From: an uncultured Chloroflexia bacterium
Lineage (GTDB): Bacteria > Chloroflexota > Anaerolineae > B4-G1 > SLSP01
Length of the DNA stretch: 21,743 nucleotides
Direction: 5' to 3'
NCBI GenBank assembly: GCA_963751345.1
Contig: CAVVUS010000031.1
Location: 1-21,743, forward strand
Shown: positions 9,924 to 18,870 of the stretch, piece by piece
Layout of the letters: the number at the start of each line of letters is the position of its first letter
How positions within the stretch are numbered: the stretch's first letter is position 1
Translations under genes and position numbers: made by a program
Notes under the pieces: model-generated
What the model was told of the DNA's origin: nothing
What the model saw: the letters and a program-made list of their open reading frames with translations, nothing else
Database searches by the model: none

Positions 9924-10622
9924 ATGCAAATCATCCCTGACGTGTTTCAAGTCAACGGTGCCGTCTACGGGCAGCACCAGAACGGCTACGTCGTCCGGCT
10001 GGGCGACACCTACGTGATGGTCGACTCGGGCGACCTGGAGCACCCCACGCTGGACCTCGTGCTGGCTAACTGTGCCAGGTGGGGCATCGGTGTGGAGGAT
10101 CTCTCCTATCTCCTCGTCACCCACGCCCACTTCGACCACGCCAGCCACGCGGCGGCGCTCCAGCGCCAGGGCGTCAAGATCGTGTCAAATGCCGCGGGCG
10201 CCGAGGCTATGGCTGCAGGTGACGATCGCTGCGTGGGATACGCGGTGAACGGCGTATTCGATCCCTGCGAGGTTGACCTGGTGGTCGCGGACGGCGAGGA
10301 GCTGATCATCGGGGGGAGGAAGGTCCGCTGTTTGGAGGCCCCCGGCCACGCGTCGAGCTGCGTGGTCTACGAGATCGAGCTGCGTGGCGAGTGGCTCTGG
10401 TTTGTGGGCGACGTGATCCTCACCGGGCCCGAGGGCGAGTCGGTGGCGTTGGGCTGGCAGGGCGGTCCGGACTATGACCGCGCGACGTACGTCGAGAGCC
10501 TGCGCCGCCTCGCGCACCTACCGTGTGACCATCTCTTCCCCGGGCATGGGCCCGCCTCCATAGGCGACGGCAAACGCCTCGTCTCGATGGCTTACACGGA
10601 GGCGATGCTGACGCTGAGATAG
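9924..10622 (+). CDS. MBL-fold metallo-hydrolase
   Basis: Intact ORF with VDSG, THAHFDHA (HxHxDH), APGH, FVGD and PGHG. SD GAGGTG. Confidence 0.85.
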   Translation: MQIIPDVFQVNGAVYGQHQNGYVVRLGDTYVMVDSGDLEHPTLDLVLANCARWGIGVEDLSYLLVTHAHFDHASHAAALQRQGVKIVSNAAGAEAMAAGDDRCVGYAVNGVFDPCEVDLVVADGEELIIGGRKVRCLEAPGHASSCVVYEIELRGEWLWFVGDVILTGPEGESVALGWQGGPDYDRATYVESLRRLAHLPCDHLFPGHGPASIGDGKRLVSMAYTEAMLTLR

Positions 10623-10677
10623 ACCGCTCGCCCGTGAGTGCCTGTGGTCTGTCGTACATCAAAGATAGGTCATCACT

Positions 10678-11160
10678 ATGAGGATCTCAACAGATAGACG
10701 TCGCAACCTCGGCGTGATCGCAGGTGCGGTGATCCTGCTGGCGGCGCTGGTGGTGCCGGCGGTGCTGCCCTGGCTCACGGATGGCCTCGCCGAGATCCCG
10801 GAGTTCTACGTCACGTCGGTGCCCGAGGATGTCCGCGGCGCCTACGCGATCACGGATCGTGGCGTGATGCAGCTCTTCGGATGGACCATGATCATGCAAA
10901 GCGCACCGGATGAAGCTCCTACGTTCGCTGTAGATGAGCTTCAAGGCCTCGCGGTGGTCGTTCCGAACGTGGGCACGGCGGATGCCTACCCTCTCATCAG
11001 CCTGGCTACAGGCGAGCGCATCGCCTGGCAGAGTGCCGTCCTGGACGGGCAGCGCCTGATGCTGGACCCGGGCCCGCTTGCAGCGGGAGATTATCTGCTC
11101 GAGGTGTCGACCGGCAGCCTGTTCGGTGCTGCAACCTACCACTATTTCCACCTGCGCTGA
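10678..11160 (+). CDS. Hypothetical protein with N-terminal membrane anchor
   Basis: 160 aa ORF with a basic N-terminus, a hydrophobic helix and a C-terminal beta-rich PGPLAAGDYLLEV segment. Confidence 0.6.
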   Translation: MRISTDRRRNLGVIAGAVILLAALVVPAVLPWLTDGLAEIPEFYVTSVPEDVRGAYAITDRGVMQLFGWTMIMQSAPDEAPTFAVDELQGLAVVVPNVGTADAYPLISLATGERIAWQSAVLDGQRLMLDPGPLAAGDYLLEVSTGSLFGAATYHYFHLR

Positions 11161-11171
11161 GCGCGCCGGGC

Positions 11172-11446
11172 GCCGGGGCTGCTCTCTACGTCCGGGCGGC
11201 GGATCACAGATCCGCCTGGAACGTAGGCTGAGCCGGGGCTGTTTGCTTCGTCCGTCAGGCGGATCACAGATCCGCCTGGAACGAGACCTGAGGCGGAACG
11301 AAGGCTGAGCCGGGGCTGCTCGTTACGTCTGGGCGGCGGATCACAGATCCGCCTGGAACGAGACCTGAGCTGGAACGAGAGCTGAGCTCTCTCGCGGAAC
11401 GAAGGCTGAGCCGGAACTAGAGCTGAGCCGGAACGAAGGCTGAGCG
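11172..11446. repeat. Composite intergenic repeat: 3 hairpins GGCGGATC-ACA-GATCCGCC and 8 copies of a 17-mer GGAAC(G/T)NNNCTGAGNN
   Basis: Hairpins start at 11198, 11258 and 11335. 17-mers start at 11218, 11278, 11295, 11355, 11372, 11396, 11413 and 11430. Confidence 0.85.
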
Positions 11447-11528
11447 GTGACCTCAATCACCTCGCCATTTGCCGATTCCGGCGTCTGCGTTACAGTTGAG
11501 GCATATTGTCGACAAGTGAGGGACAAGG

Positions 11529-13815
11529 ATGACAACGCAGACACCGACGGTACAACAACGCATTGAGGCACTGACAAAGACGAAGATCGAGAACACGCTG
11601 GCGAAGACGGAGCGCGACGGGTTCCACGATGTGGACGACCACGGGATGATCTATTGGCCCGAGCCCATCGAGTACGAGCGGACCTCCAATCATCCGTCGG
11701 GCGGGTGCTACGGACCACGCTGCATCGGCGAGAACTTCAGGGCGTTTCTGGCGGCGCACCCCGTTTACATTCACCCGATGAGCTCGCTGGCGGGGGCGTG
11801 GGCGGCGTTCGTACACGGCATCGGGGGGTGGCGGCCCGAGGACCGGCCCACGCACCTGTATGAGCTCCACAAGCTGTACGACCTGCAGAAGAACGGCATC
11901 GGCGCGATGAACCACCTCGGGCCGGATATGCGCATCGGGCTGGAACTGGGGTGGGGCGGTATCCTGGAGAAGATCCGCTATTGGCGCGCGTTCAACCAGC
12001 CCGAGGACACGGGTTTCTACGACGGCGAGGAGGCCCTGGTCCTGGGCATCCAGGACTGGATCCGGCGCCACATCGCCTATGCCCGCGAGACGGCGGAGAC
12101 GACGGACGACGCATTTGTCCGCCAGAACATGCTCGACATCGCCGAGATGAACGAGTGGCTGGTCGACAACCCTCCGCGGACGCTGCGCGAGGCCTGCCAG
12201 TTCCTGGCCTGGTTCCAATCGGTCGACCGGATGTGGCGCGCCGGCGGCGCGCTGAGCCAGCTTGACGAGCTGCTGCGACCCTACTATGAGGCCGACCAGG
12301 CTAACGGGCATCGGGGACGACGAGGCCGTCATCTGGCACCTCGCCAGCCTTTTCTACAACGACACCCACTACTCGCAGGTCGGCGGCCAGGCGGCCAACG
12401 GCCGGGATCTGACGAGCCCCATGTCGTTCCTGATCCTGGAGGCAGCGCACCGGCTGGCGATTCCCTACAACCTCGCGGTGCGCGTCCACGAGGGGATGGA
12501 TATGCGGCTGCTCCACCGGGCGCTCGAATACCATCTGGCCGACGGGACGGGACCGAGCTTCTCCTGTTCCGGCGGGCTGGACGCGGGTTACGCCAAGAGC
12601 GGCGTGCCGATCGAGCTCGCGCGGATGCGGGCCAAGGTGGGCTGCAACTGGACGGCGCTGCCGGGCATCGAGTACCCGCTCCAGGACATCACGCGGCAGA
12701 GCCTTATCAAGCCCTTCCTGCTCGCCTTCGGGGAGACCGTGGACGATGAGCTGCGGGATGCGGGCAAAGGTGGGCTGCAACTGGACCGCGCTGCCCGGTA
12801 TCGAGTATCCGCTCCAGGACATCACGCGGCAGAGCCTGGTCAAGCCGTTCCTGCTCGCCTTCTGGGAGACGTGGACGACGAGCCTGAGGCGCGGTCGATG
12901 GAGGCGCTCTGGGAGCGCTACGTCCACCATCTGCGGATCTCGTGCGACACGATGAAGCAGGGCTTCGACTGGCACATGACCTACCAGGGGCGCAACTCCG
13001 TCGAGATCGTGCTCAACCTCTTCTGTCACGGTCCGATCGAGCGCGGCCTCGACGTCGTCGAGGGCGGGGTCGACATCTACCGGCTGACGGCGGATGGCGT
13101 GGGGCTGGCCACGGTGGCGGACTCGTTCGCGGCGATCGAGCAGCGGGTTGTGAACGAGGGCCGGCTGACCTGGGAGGGCCTCAAGGAAGTGCTCGACGCG
13201 GACTTCGAGGACGCCGAGAACATCCGGCTGATGCTCAAGAACATCGCCCGCTTCGGCTCCGGCCACTCGCGGGCCGATTTCTGGGCAAAGCGCATCTCGC
13301 AGGCCTTTGTCGCGTGCTACGACGCGCCCACAGCCAAGGGCTACAGGATCCTGCCGGGGCTCTTCTCGCACGGCGACGTCGTCGATCTGGGCAAGATCGT
13401 GCCGGCGACGCCCAACGGGCGTCACGCAGGCGCGCCGATCTCGCACAGCTCCGAGCCCGACCCCGGCTTCTCGCGCATCGGTGCCGCGGCGCCCACGGCA
13501 AAGGCCGTCGCCGTGGCGACGGTACAGCCGGGCCGCGGGAACTCGGCCCCGCTGCAGCTCGACATCGATCGCAAGCTGATGAAGGACGCGGGCGGTATCG
13601 AGAACGTCGCGGCCATCATCATGACGCACAACCAGCAGGGCGGCACGCTGATCAACCTCAACATCATCTCCAAGGAGCAGATCCTGGAGGCGCACAAGGA
13701 CCCGAGCAAGTTCCCGGACCTGGTGGTGCGGGTGACGGGCTACAGCGCCTTCTTCCACACGCTCTCGCCGGAGTACCGGCAGCAGGTCGTGGACCGGATC
13801 TTGTCCGAGGATTAG
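11529..13815 (+). CDS. Glycyl radical enzyme, pyruvate formate-lyase-like family; frameshift near 12307 and internal duplication
   Basis: C-terminal Gly loop LVVRVTGYSAFF, NLNII..EQILEAHKDPSKFPDL, ATPNGRHAGAPIS, GLATVADSFAAI, PPRTLREACQ and Cys loop KVGCNW. ORFs 11529 and 12262 join at 'aac g ggc atc'. Confidence 0.85.
12622..12883 (+). repeat. ~132-bp diverged tandem duplication of the GRE Cys-loop region
   Basis: MRAKVGCNWTALPGIEYPLQDITRQSL(I/V)KPFLLAF(G/W)ET is encoded twice, from ATG 12625 and ATG 12758. Confidence 0.9.
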
Positions 13816-13843
13816 TGGCGGTCCTCCCTCCCCGCGGACATGC

Positions 13844-13875
13844 GATTGGACCAATCTTCCGGGATTGGTCCAATC
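13844..13875. repeat. Perfect 13-bp inverted repeat (dispersed REP-like palindrome)
   Basis: GATTGGACCAATC-TTCCGG-GATTGGTCCAATC, just after the GRE stop codon. Confidence 0.75.
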
Positions 13876-13988
13876 TGTCTCGCCTCGGGTAGGTGGCGCT
13901 AGTCTGCCCGCGCTGAGCGGGTGCTGTCCTCGGCAGCGGACCTCACTCGCCCGCGCAGAGCCCAACGATGGCCTTCCGCGTCCCGGGT

Positions 13989-14050
13989 AGACCTTTGAGG
14001 TTTTGCTTCTCGTGTAGAAGCCTTCAAAACAAGCAAAACCTCAAAGGTCT
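13989..14050. repeat. 20-bp perfect inverted repeat (REP-like)
   Basis: AGACCTTTGAGGTTTTGCTT (13989-14008) and AAGCAAAACCTCAAAGGTCT (14031-14050). Confidence 0.8.
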
Positions 14051-14264
14051 CTCGCTCGCGCAGACCGCTGCGAGGATGGCTGGACGAGCGTCCGGGGAGG
14101 CGGGAAGGCCCGCGGCGCACCAGGCTAAGGCGAACGGTGCCCTGGTACTCCGGACGCGCCCCACGGCGTAGAACTGCCCATGGGCGTGAGAGCATCCGGT
14201 CGGCCTCCCCTACGCGGCGGGTCGGGAAACTGGGTTCAGGCGTCCGACAGGTGCCCGCAGGCCG

Positions 14265-14366
14265 GGGGCGACGCACTCCCAAGTGTCGTACAGCATTGCG
14301 ATGGTCATGTGCGTTCGTACCGCCGCCGACTTTGAGGCTCCTGCTACGGGAGTGCGTCGCCCCTAC
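14265..14366. repeat. GTAG-type REP with 16-bp inverted arms
   Basis: GGGGCGACGCACTCCC (14265-14280) and GGGAGTGCGTCGCCCC-TAC (14348-14366), which is GTAGGGGCGACGCA on the minus strand. Further CCCCTAC ends occur near 14207 and 14536. Confidence 0.7.
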
Positions 14367-14632
14367 GATGGCGCGTCCGTGACATACCAGCGCCAAGGCA
14401 GCTCGGCAGCATGTCGGCACACCTTAGCTTGATGCCTATGGGCTGCCTGTCCCGCTGCATTTGTGGGATCTCGCCCGCGGTCCATCATCGCGAGCAGCCC
14501 GCCCCAATCCTGAACGCACCCACTCACAAGGGGTGCCCCTACAGATGACGATCGTAGCGTGGTAGCCAGGGCTTATCTCTGCCCTCTGGGCCTACTCGAC
14601 CGAATAAGTCACGGCGTCCCTGCGTTGTACCC

Positions 14633-15913
14633 ATGACAACTCAATCCGGAGGTCTATCTATGCCGTTGCTGTCCGTGTTCTTTGCCCCCGACGCCCACCA
14701 GGTGGGCGCGATCCGTGTGAAAACCGTGCTTCTCATTCTCGTTGCCGGCCCGCTGCTGTTGTTGGTGCTCGCCGTCGCGGCCTCAGCTCTCAGCAACATC
14801 GGCCTGCCCACGCGCTCGAGCGTGCTCGACCACCTCGCCGGCGTGGAGAAGGCGCGGGTGGCTGAGTATCTCAACCTGGTTGCCGGCGTGGGCAGCGACG
14901 TCTGGCCCGGCAGCGCCGGCCGGCCGGGGTGGGGTGATGTGACCATCCCGGTGATCGTGCACAACGAGGCGTACGCCTTCCTGCTGGGCTATCCCGGCAC
15001 GCCGCCCGCCGGGTGGGTGATGATGCCGAGCGCCGAACAGCGGGGTGGGGCGTGGGAGCCCGTGCCGGACGACACCTTCATGGGACAGGTCTACTATCGC
15101 CAGCCGCTGCCCGCAACTGGAGGAACCCCAGAGAACTTCGCCGTGCTGGTGGGGGATCAGTGGGTGGCAACGCTCTACACCAAGGAATATGCGAAGGTTG
15201 AGTTCTTTCAGGGCTTCCGGCACGACCTGCCGCCCTTCCTCCAGCCGGTCTTTCCGTATCGACTGGCCTGGGCGCTGCTGATGGGGTCGACCGAGAACTA
15301 CGTCGGTGCACTGGCGCACGAGGCCTTTCATGCCTATCAGGGCACGGTTGCACCCGAGCGGCTGGCTGCGGCAGAGCGCGCCAATGCTGCCGAGGCCGGG
15401 TATCCGTGGGACGCGTCGCAGGATGCGTGGAGCGCTGAGCTGTCGGCGCTCTACGACGCGGCAAAGGCAGCCGCCGACCCGAGCACGCCCGTAGACGAGG
15501 TCGTGACGCTGGCGCGCACGTTCCTAGATCTGCGTGCGGAGCGTCGCGCCGGGCTCGGCTCAGATCTGGTCGCCTACGAGCAGCAACGCGAGTGGTTGGA
15601 GGGGCTGGCGAAGTACGCGGAGCTCTCGATCGGCCTGGCGGCGCAGCACGCCGTCAGCGCCGGAACGTACGTGCCGCTGCCCGCGCTGGCGGATGACCCC
15701 GAGTACAAGGGCTACCGCACGCGCGAGCGGTACTGGACCGGACAGCTAGGCGAGGTCCAGCGGACAGGCGGACGGAGTGGAGAGACCCGCTTCTACTACG
15801 CGGGCTTCGCGCAGGGCGTGATTCTGGACCGGCTGATGCCGGAGTGGAAGGCCCGCGCGATGGACGATGGCGTGTGGCTGGAGGCGCTGGTGGCGGAGGC
15901 GGTGACAGAGTGA
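14633..15913 (+). CDS. Membrane-anchored or secreted putative zinc metallopeptidase-like protein (gluzincin-type motifs)
   Basis: Intact 426 aa ORF with an N-terminal TM helix, AHEAFHAYQ (HExxH) and downstream WLEGLAKYAE. The start may be ATG 14660 (SD GGAGG) or later. Confidence 0.65.
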   Translation: MTTQSGGLSMPLLSVFFAPDAHQVGAIRVKTVLLILVAGPLLLLVLAVAASALSNIGLPTRSSVLDHLAGVEKARVAEYLNLVAGVGSDVWPGSAGRPGWGDVTIPVIVHNEAYAFLLGYPGTPPAGWVMMPSAEQRGGAWEPVPDDTFMGQVYYRQPLPATGGTPENFAVLVGDQWVATLYTKEYAKVEFFQGFRHDLPPFLQPVFPYRLAWALLMGSTENYVGALAHEAFHAYQGTVAPERLAAAERANAAEAGYPWDASQDAWSAELSALYDAAKAAADPSTPVDEVVTLARTFLDLRAERRAGLGSDLVAYEQQREWLEGLAKYAELSIGLAAQHAVSAGTYVPLPALADDPEYKGYRTRERYWTGQLGEVQRTGGRSGETRFYYAGFAQGVILDRLMPEWKARAMDDGVWLEALVAEAVTE

Positions 15914-15915
15914 TC

Positions 15916-15950
15916 CCGGATGCCGGATGCCAGATGCCGGAAGCCGGTTG
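15916..15950. repeat. Heptamer tandem repeat (CCGGATG)x5, degenerate
   Basis: ccggatg ccggatg ccagatg ccggaag ccggttg, directly after the stop codon. Confidence 0.75.
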
Positions 15951-15992
15951 CCTCTGGCCAGGAACCCAAGACCTGAAGCCTGCTGACGAGTT

Positions 15993-16068
15993 CAGGTTCG
16001 TAGGTACCGATTCATCGGTTCGGGAGAAGGAGCTGAACGGAACGACTTAAGTCGCACCTACGAACCTG
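15993..16068. repeat. REP doublet (REPIN-like) between convergent genes
   Basis: CAGGTTCGTAGGT with hairpin ACCGAT-TC-ATCGGT, then CGACTTAAGTCG with ACCTACGAACCTG. The outer arms are 13-bp inverted and each contains GTAG. Confidence 0.75.
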
Positions 16069-16085
16069 GGATGCGTACGAGACGA

Positions 16086-16550
16086 TTACTCGACCAGGCT
16101 CACGGACCTTACATCACCGGGTTTGGTAAGGCCGCCCCCGGTCCACCCCAGCGCGCTCGTGCAGGCTGCGGGAGGATTTCCGTCGTCATCACACGGGATG
16201 CGTGTGAGCAGCACTTTGTGACGGCCGTGGCCCAGCACGAGGTAGTAAGGACCGGGGATCGTGTCGATCTCGTAGACCTCCAGGCAGGCGACGCCGGTCG
16301 AGGGGAGGGCTGCAGGGGCCCCAGTCATCCTGGCATGGCAGGAACATCGCGATTTCCCAATCCTCACCGTTCGGGACGCAGCAATTCCACGTCTCACAGT
16401 TTGCGGCGCCGACCTCCTGGAGGAGGATCCAGTCGCCGCATTTGGAGTCTTCAGGCCAGTTGAGGGTGTTGCAGGCCATAGGCCAGACGTGGCCCGCGCC
16501 CTGGGTCACGCCGCAGACTGCGGTGCCATCGGCGGGGTCGCCAAAGCCGG
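16086..16550 (-). pseudogene. TadG-like C-terminal fragment (5'-truncated, internally deleted)
   Basis: ADGTAVCGVTQGAGHVWPMAC...KCGDWILL..NC..NCC...LDR, then after a junction near 16296 GVACLEVYE...IPCDDD..PPAACTSALGWT....PGDVRSVSLVE. This aligns with 18871-20117 (ADATAVCG..LWPV..CGDRVII..LDR...IPC...GWTTG..PGDVKAVSLIE). Confidence 0.65.
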
Positions 16551-16742
16551 GCTCGTGGACGCCGTCGAGAGCTCGACGATGGTGAGGACGAGGTCGCCCG
16601 TGGGGATGCTCTGATTCACACCGGCACAGTAAGGCGGAACACGTCTGTGGTAGCGGATAGCCTCTTCACCGATGCAGCACACGCGCGGCGATCGCGTGTG
16701 GGCCTATCCGACGGCATCTAGTAGGGCATCGAGCCTTGCCGG

Positions 16743-17945
16743 TTACTCCGACAGCTGCACTACGATCGGTTCCTCAGGATCCACCGGTACGCCGCTGCCT
16801 GGGGTCAAAGCTGTGCACTCATCGTAGCGGTCCATCTCGTTACCGTTCGAGTCCTTTGCGCACATTTTCTGGACGATCACGACCTGCGCCTTGTTTTCCT
16901 TGCGGTCGTCGGGGTCGGCACCGCACATGAACCACGCATTGTAGTAGCCAATGACTCTCATACACCCGAAGCCGGAGATGTGGTAGTAGTCCACGCCAGG
17001 GCTGATGTTCTGGCTGCACTGATACCAGTTGCTCAACGTATCGCCTGCGTTGCACTCGCGATCGAAGAGAAGAAGATTGTGAATTTCGTCACATTCAGCG
17101 TTGATTGGTGTCTTGAGGGCAGGCATGTTGCCGGACTCGCCGGCAACACAGTCGCGAACGTAGATTGGGCCTGGATGACCATTCTCGATCCAGCATTCCA
17201 CGTTCTTCTCTCCGCAGTTCTCGTGGCAGAAGCTAGGGTAAGGGTCAAGTGGGATCTGCAGGTCCAACCAGCCCCTACTGTCACTATCAAGGTGTTGAAC
17301 TTTGTCGATATCCGGCAGTCCGTCGGCGTTCGAGTCAAAGGCTTCCCCCAGGAACGATATTTCGCATTCATTCTGCCCCGGGGCGCGCTGTAGGTCGACA
17401 GCAGGAAAGTCGCAGTTGTCCCAGGAGATCGTCGGGTCGCTGATGTAAGCATAGTACAGCTCCCCGCACGCAATGCACTTTTCTGGATCCGTACACGTTC
17501 GATCATACACGTCCTCACCGACGGCGAGTGGCCATAGTCCCCCACCGGCCACCGGACCCTCGCAACTGGCTGAGGCCCGCGCCGATACCTCGACCTCGTC
17601 AAAGCCGATGGCCCGCGCGAAGAAGGTTTGTGCCGTTTCTGTTGTGACCACGGTGACAGTCACCGGGGCCGACACCGTCACGACAGCTCCGTCCGCGCCA
17701 TTCAGCTCGACGGCATACTTGTCGGCAGCCAGCGTCACGGTCGTCAACGTCGAAAACTCATTCAGGCACAGCTCCCGGGCACCTGCCAGCGCGCCGGCAT
17801 CAGCAGCGTTCTGCATCTTCCGGCGTTCAGCATAGAGACTTCCCCCGTCAACTGCTAGAGCGACGATCGCAACCAGGACCAATAGGGCCAGGGCCACAAG
17901 CACCAGCACCTGGCCCTTGTGACCAAGAGTATCATGCCGTAGCAT
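16743..17945 (-). CDS. TadG-related Flp/Tad pilus assembly protein with Cys-rich C-terminal domain
   Basis: GQVLVLVALALLVLVAIVALAVDGGSLYAERRKMQNAADAGALAGAREL (Tad N-terminal domain), TFFARAIG, then a Cys-rich region. SD GGGAGG. The long ORF-track start at 18359 overlaps TadE. Confidence 0.8.
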   Translation of the reverse strand: MLRHDTLGHKGQVLVLVALALLVLVAIVALAVDGGSLYAERRKMQNAADAGALAGARELCLNEFSTLTTVTLAADKYAVELNGADGAVVTVSAPVTVTVVTTETAQTFFARAIGFDEVEVSARASASCEGPVAGGGLWPLAVGEDVYDRTCTDPEKCIACGELYYAYISDPTISWDNCDFPAVDLQRAPGQNECEISFLGEAFDSNADGLPDIDKVQHLDSDSRGWLDLQIPLDPYPSFCHENCGEKNVECWIENGHPGPIYVRDCVAGESGNMPALKTPINAECDEIHNLLLFDRECNAGDTLSNWYQCSQNISPGVDYYHISGFGCMRVIGYYNAWFMCGADPDDRKENKAQVVIVQKMCAKDSNGNEMDRYDECTALTPGSGVPVDPEEPIVVQLSE

Positions 17946-17982
17946 TACCATCCTCCCCGCGTGCCCATGTGCACACCGCCGG

Positions 17983-18486
17983 CTAATTCTCAGGCTTCTG
18001 CGTACTGCCAAACATAACCATGACATTCTGACTATGCATCGGAATCGTGTCCAGGCCCACAAGGCCGGTGAAGATCGTCGTGATGGTGTAGTTGACGGTG
18101 ACCGTGATCGGCTCCCCTGCCTCCCGTGGTGGTGAGTCCCACTGCGCCGGATCGATCGTGACGGCAGCGATGGCGGGATCCGCGGGAACGGGATCGCCGG
18201 GAGTGGTGCAGTGCCCGAGATCCACTCCGCTGTTGGCCGCCTCCTGGTACACTGCACACAGGATGTACCCGTTGATCGTGTCTGTGTGGTCGTACCGCGC
18301 GGCGAAGCGTGCTCCCTCGCGGGCGGCATTGTTGATGACAATGTAACTGTTGAAGGCACGCCCGAAGTCAGCGACGGCGGCGACCAAAAGTAGCAGCACC
18401 GGCAGAATCAGCGCCATCTCCACGAGGCTCTGGCCACGCCGCCAGCGTCGCGCCGTTACTTCTCCCTTCCTTCGATGCTGTTCCAT
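17983..18486 (-). CDS. tadE: TadE-like pseudopilin
   Basis: RRGQSLVEMALILPVLLLLVAAVADFGRAF..YIVINNAAREGARFAA has the prepilin G|Q site, Glu+5 and the AREGAR motif. The exact start is uncertain. Confidence 0.8.
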   Translation of the reverse strand: MEQHRRKGEVTARRWRRGQSLVEMALILPVLLLLVAAVADFGRAFNSYIVINNAAREGARFAARYDHTDTINGYILCAVYQEAANSGVDLGHCTTPGDPVPADPAIAAVTIDPAQWDSPPREAGEPITVTVNYTITTIFTGLVGLDTIPMHSQNVMVMFGSTQKPEN

Positions 18487-18499
18487 AGGGCCTCACTTT

Positions 18500-18665
18500 G
18501 CCAAAACCCAGGTTCGTTGCCCTGGGTAACGCCACAGACCGCGGTGGCATCAGCCCCGATGTCCACGCTGTTGATGCCGACTATGCCGGCGACGATGGTC
18601 CCACCGTCTCCCGCATGGCCACCGTGACGGTGATGTCGTCGGTCACGCTGACCGCAGCAGTGCCG
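18500..18665 (-). pseudogene. TadG-like internal fragment
   Basis: AAVSVTDDITVTVAMRETVG/TIVAGIVGINSVDIGADATAVCGVTQG (one frameshift) aligns with AVVTVSAPVTVTVVTTETAQTFFARAIGFDEVEVSARASASCEG. It lacks the pilin helix and the C-terminus. Confidence 0.6.
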
Positions 18666-18870
18666 GCTTCGCTAGGCGCCACCCTCGACCGGCCAATGCC
18701 GGGGCTCAAAGCACGCGCCTTCGGCGACCGCGTGGGGCTCGAGGCGCGGGTGGCGGATGCCGGGTGACGAATCCTGATGAAGTATAGCCATCGTTTCATC
18801 GGTTCCGGCGAGTTCAGAACCGCCCGCTGCTCTCCTGAGAGTTCTGGACGCTTCCTAACTCCGAAGTAGT

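Noticed and set aside
11198-11360. CRISPR array (26-nt palindromic repeat x3)
   Set aside because: The spacers (34 and 51 nt) resemble each other and are built from the 17-mer unit. No cas genes or AT-rich leader are present.
12622-12883. Diversity-generating retroelement TR/VR pair
   Set aside because: Differences are not confined to adenines and are mostly synonymous. There is no reverse transcriptase in the window.
11529-13815. pflB, cutC or hypD assignment
   Set aside because: The Cys loop has neither the CC of PFL nor the GC-x-E of the eliminases, so no symbol is justified.
12301-13965. 554 aa minus-strand ORF (also 6858-7907, 11490-12332, 19632-20345, 21156-21737)
   Set aside because: These are antisense shadows of high-GC3 genes with no recognisable motifs.
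13899-14420. Short ORFs in the post-GRE gap
   Set aside because: They run through palindromic repeats, are Arg/Pro-rich and show no SD or family motifs.
17946-18359. N-terminal extension of the 538 aa TadG ORF
   Set aside because: It overlaps TadE in another frame. The SD and pilin-like helix place the start at 17945/17951.
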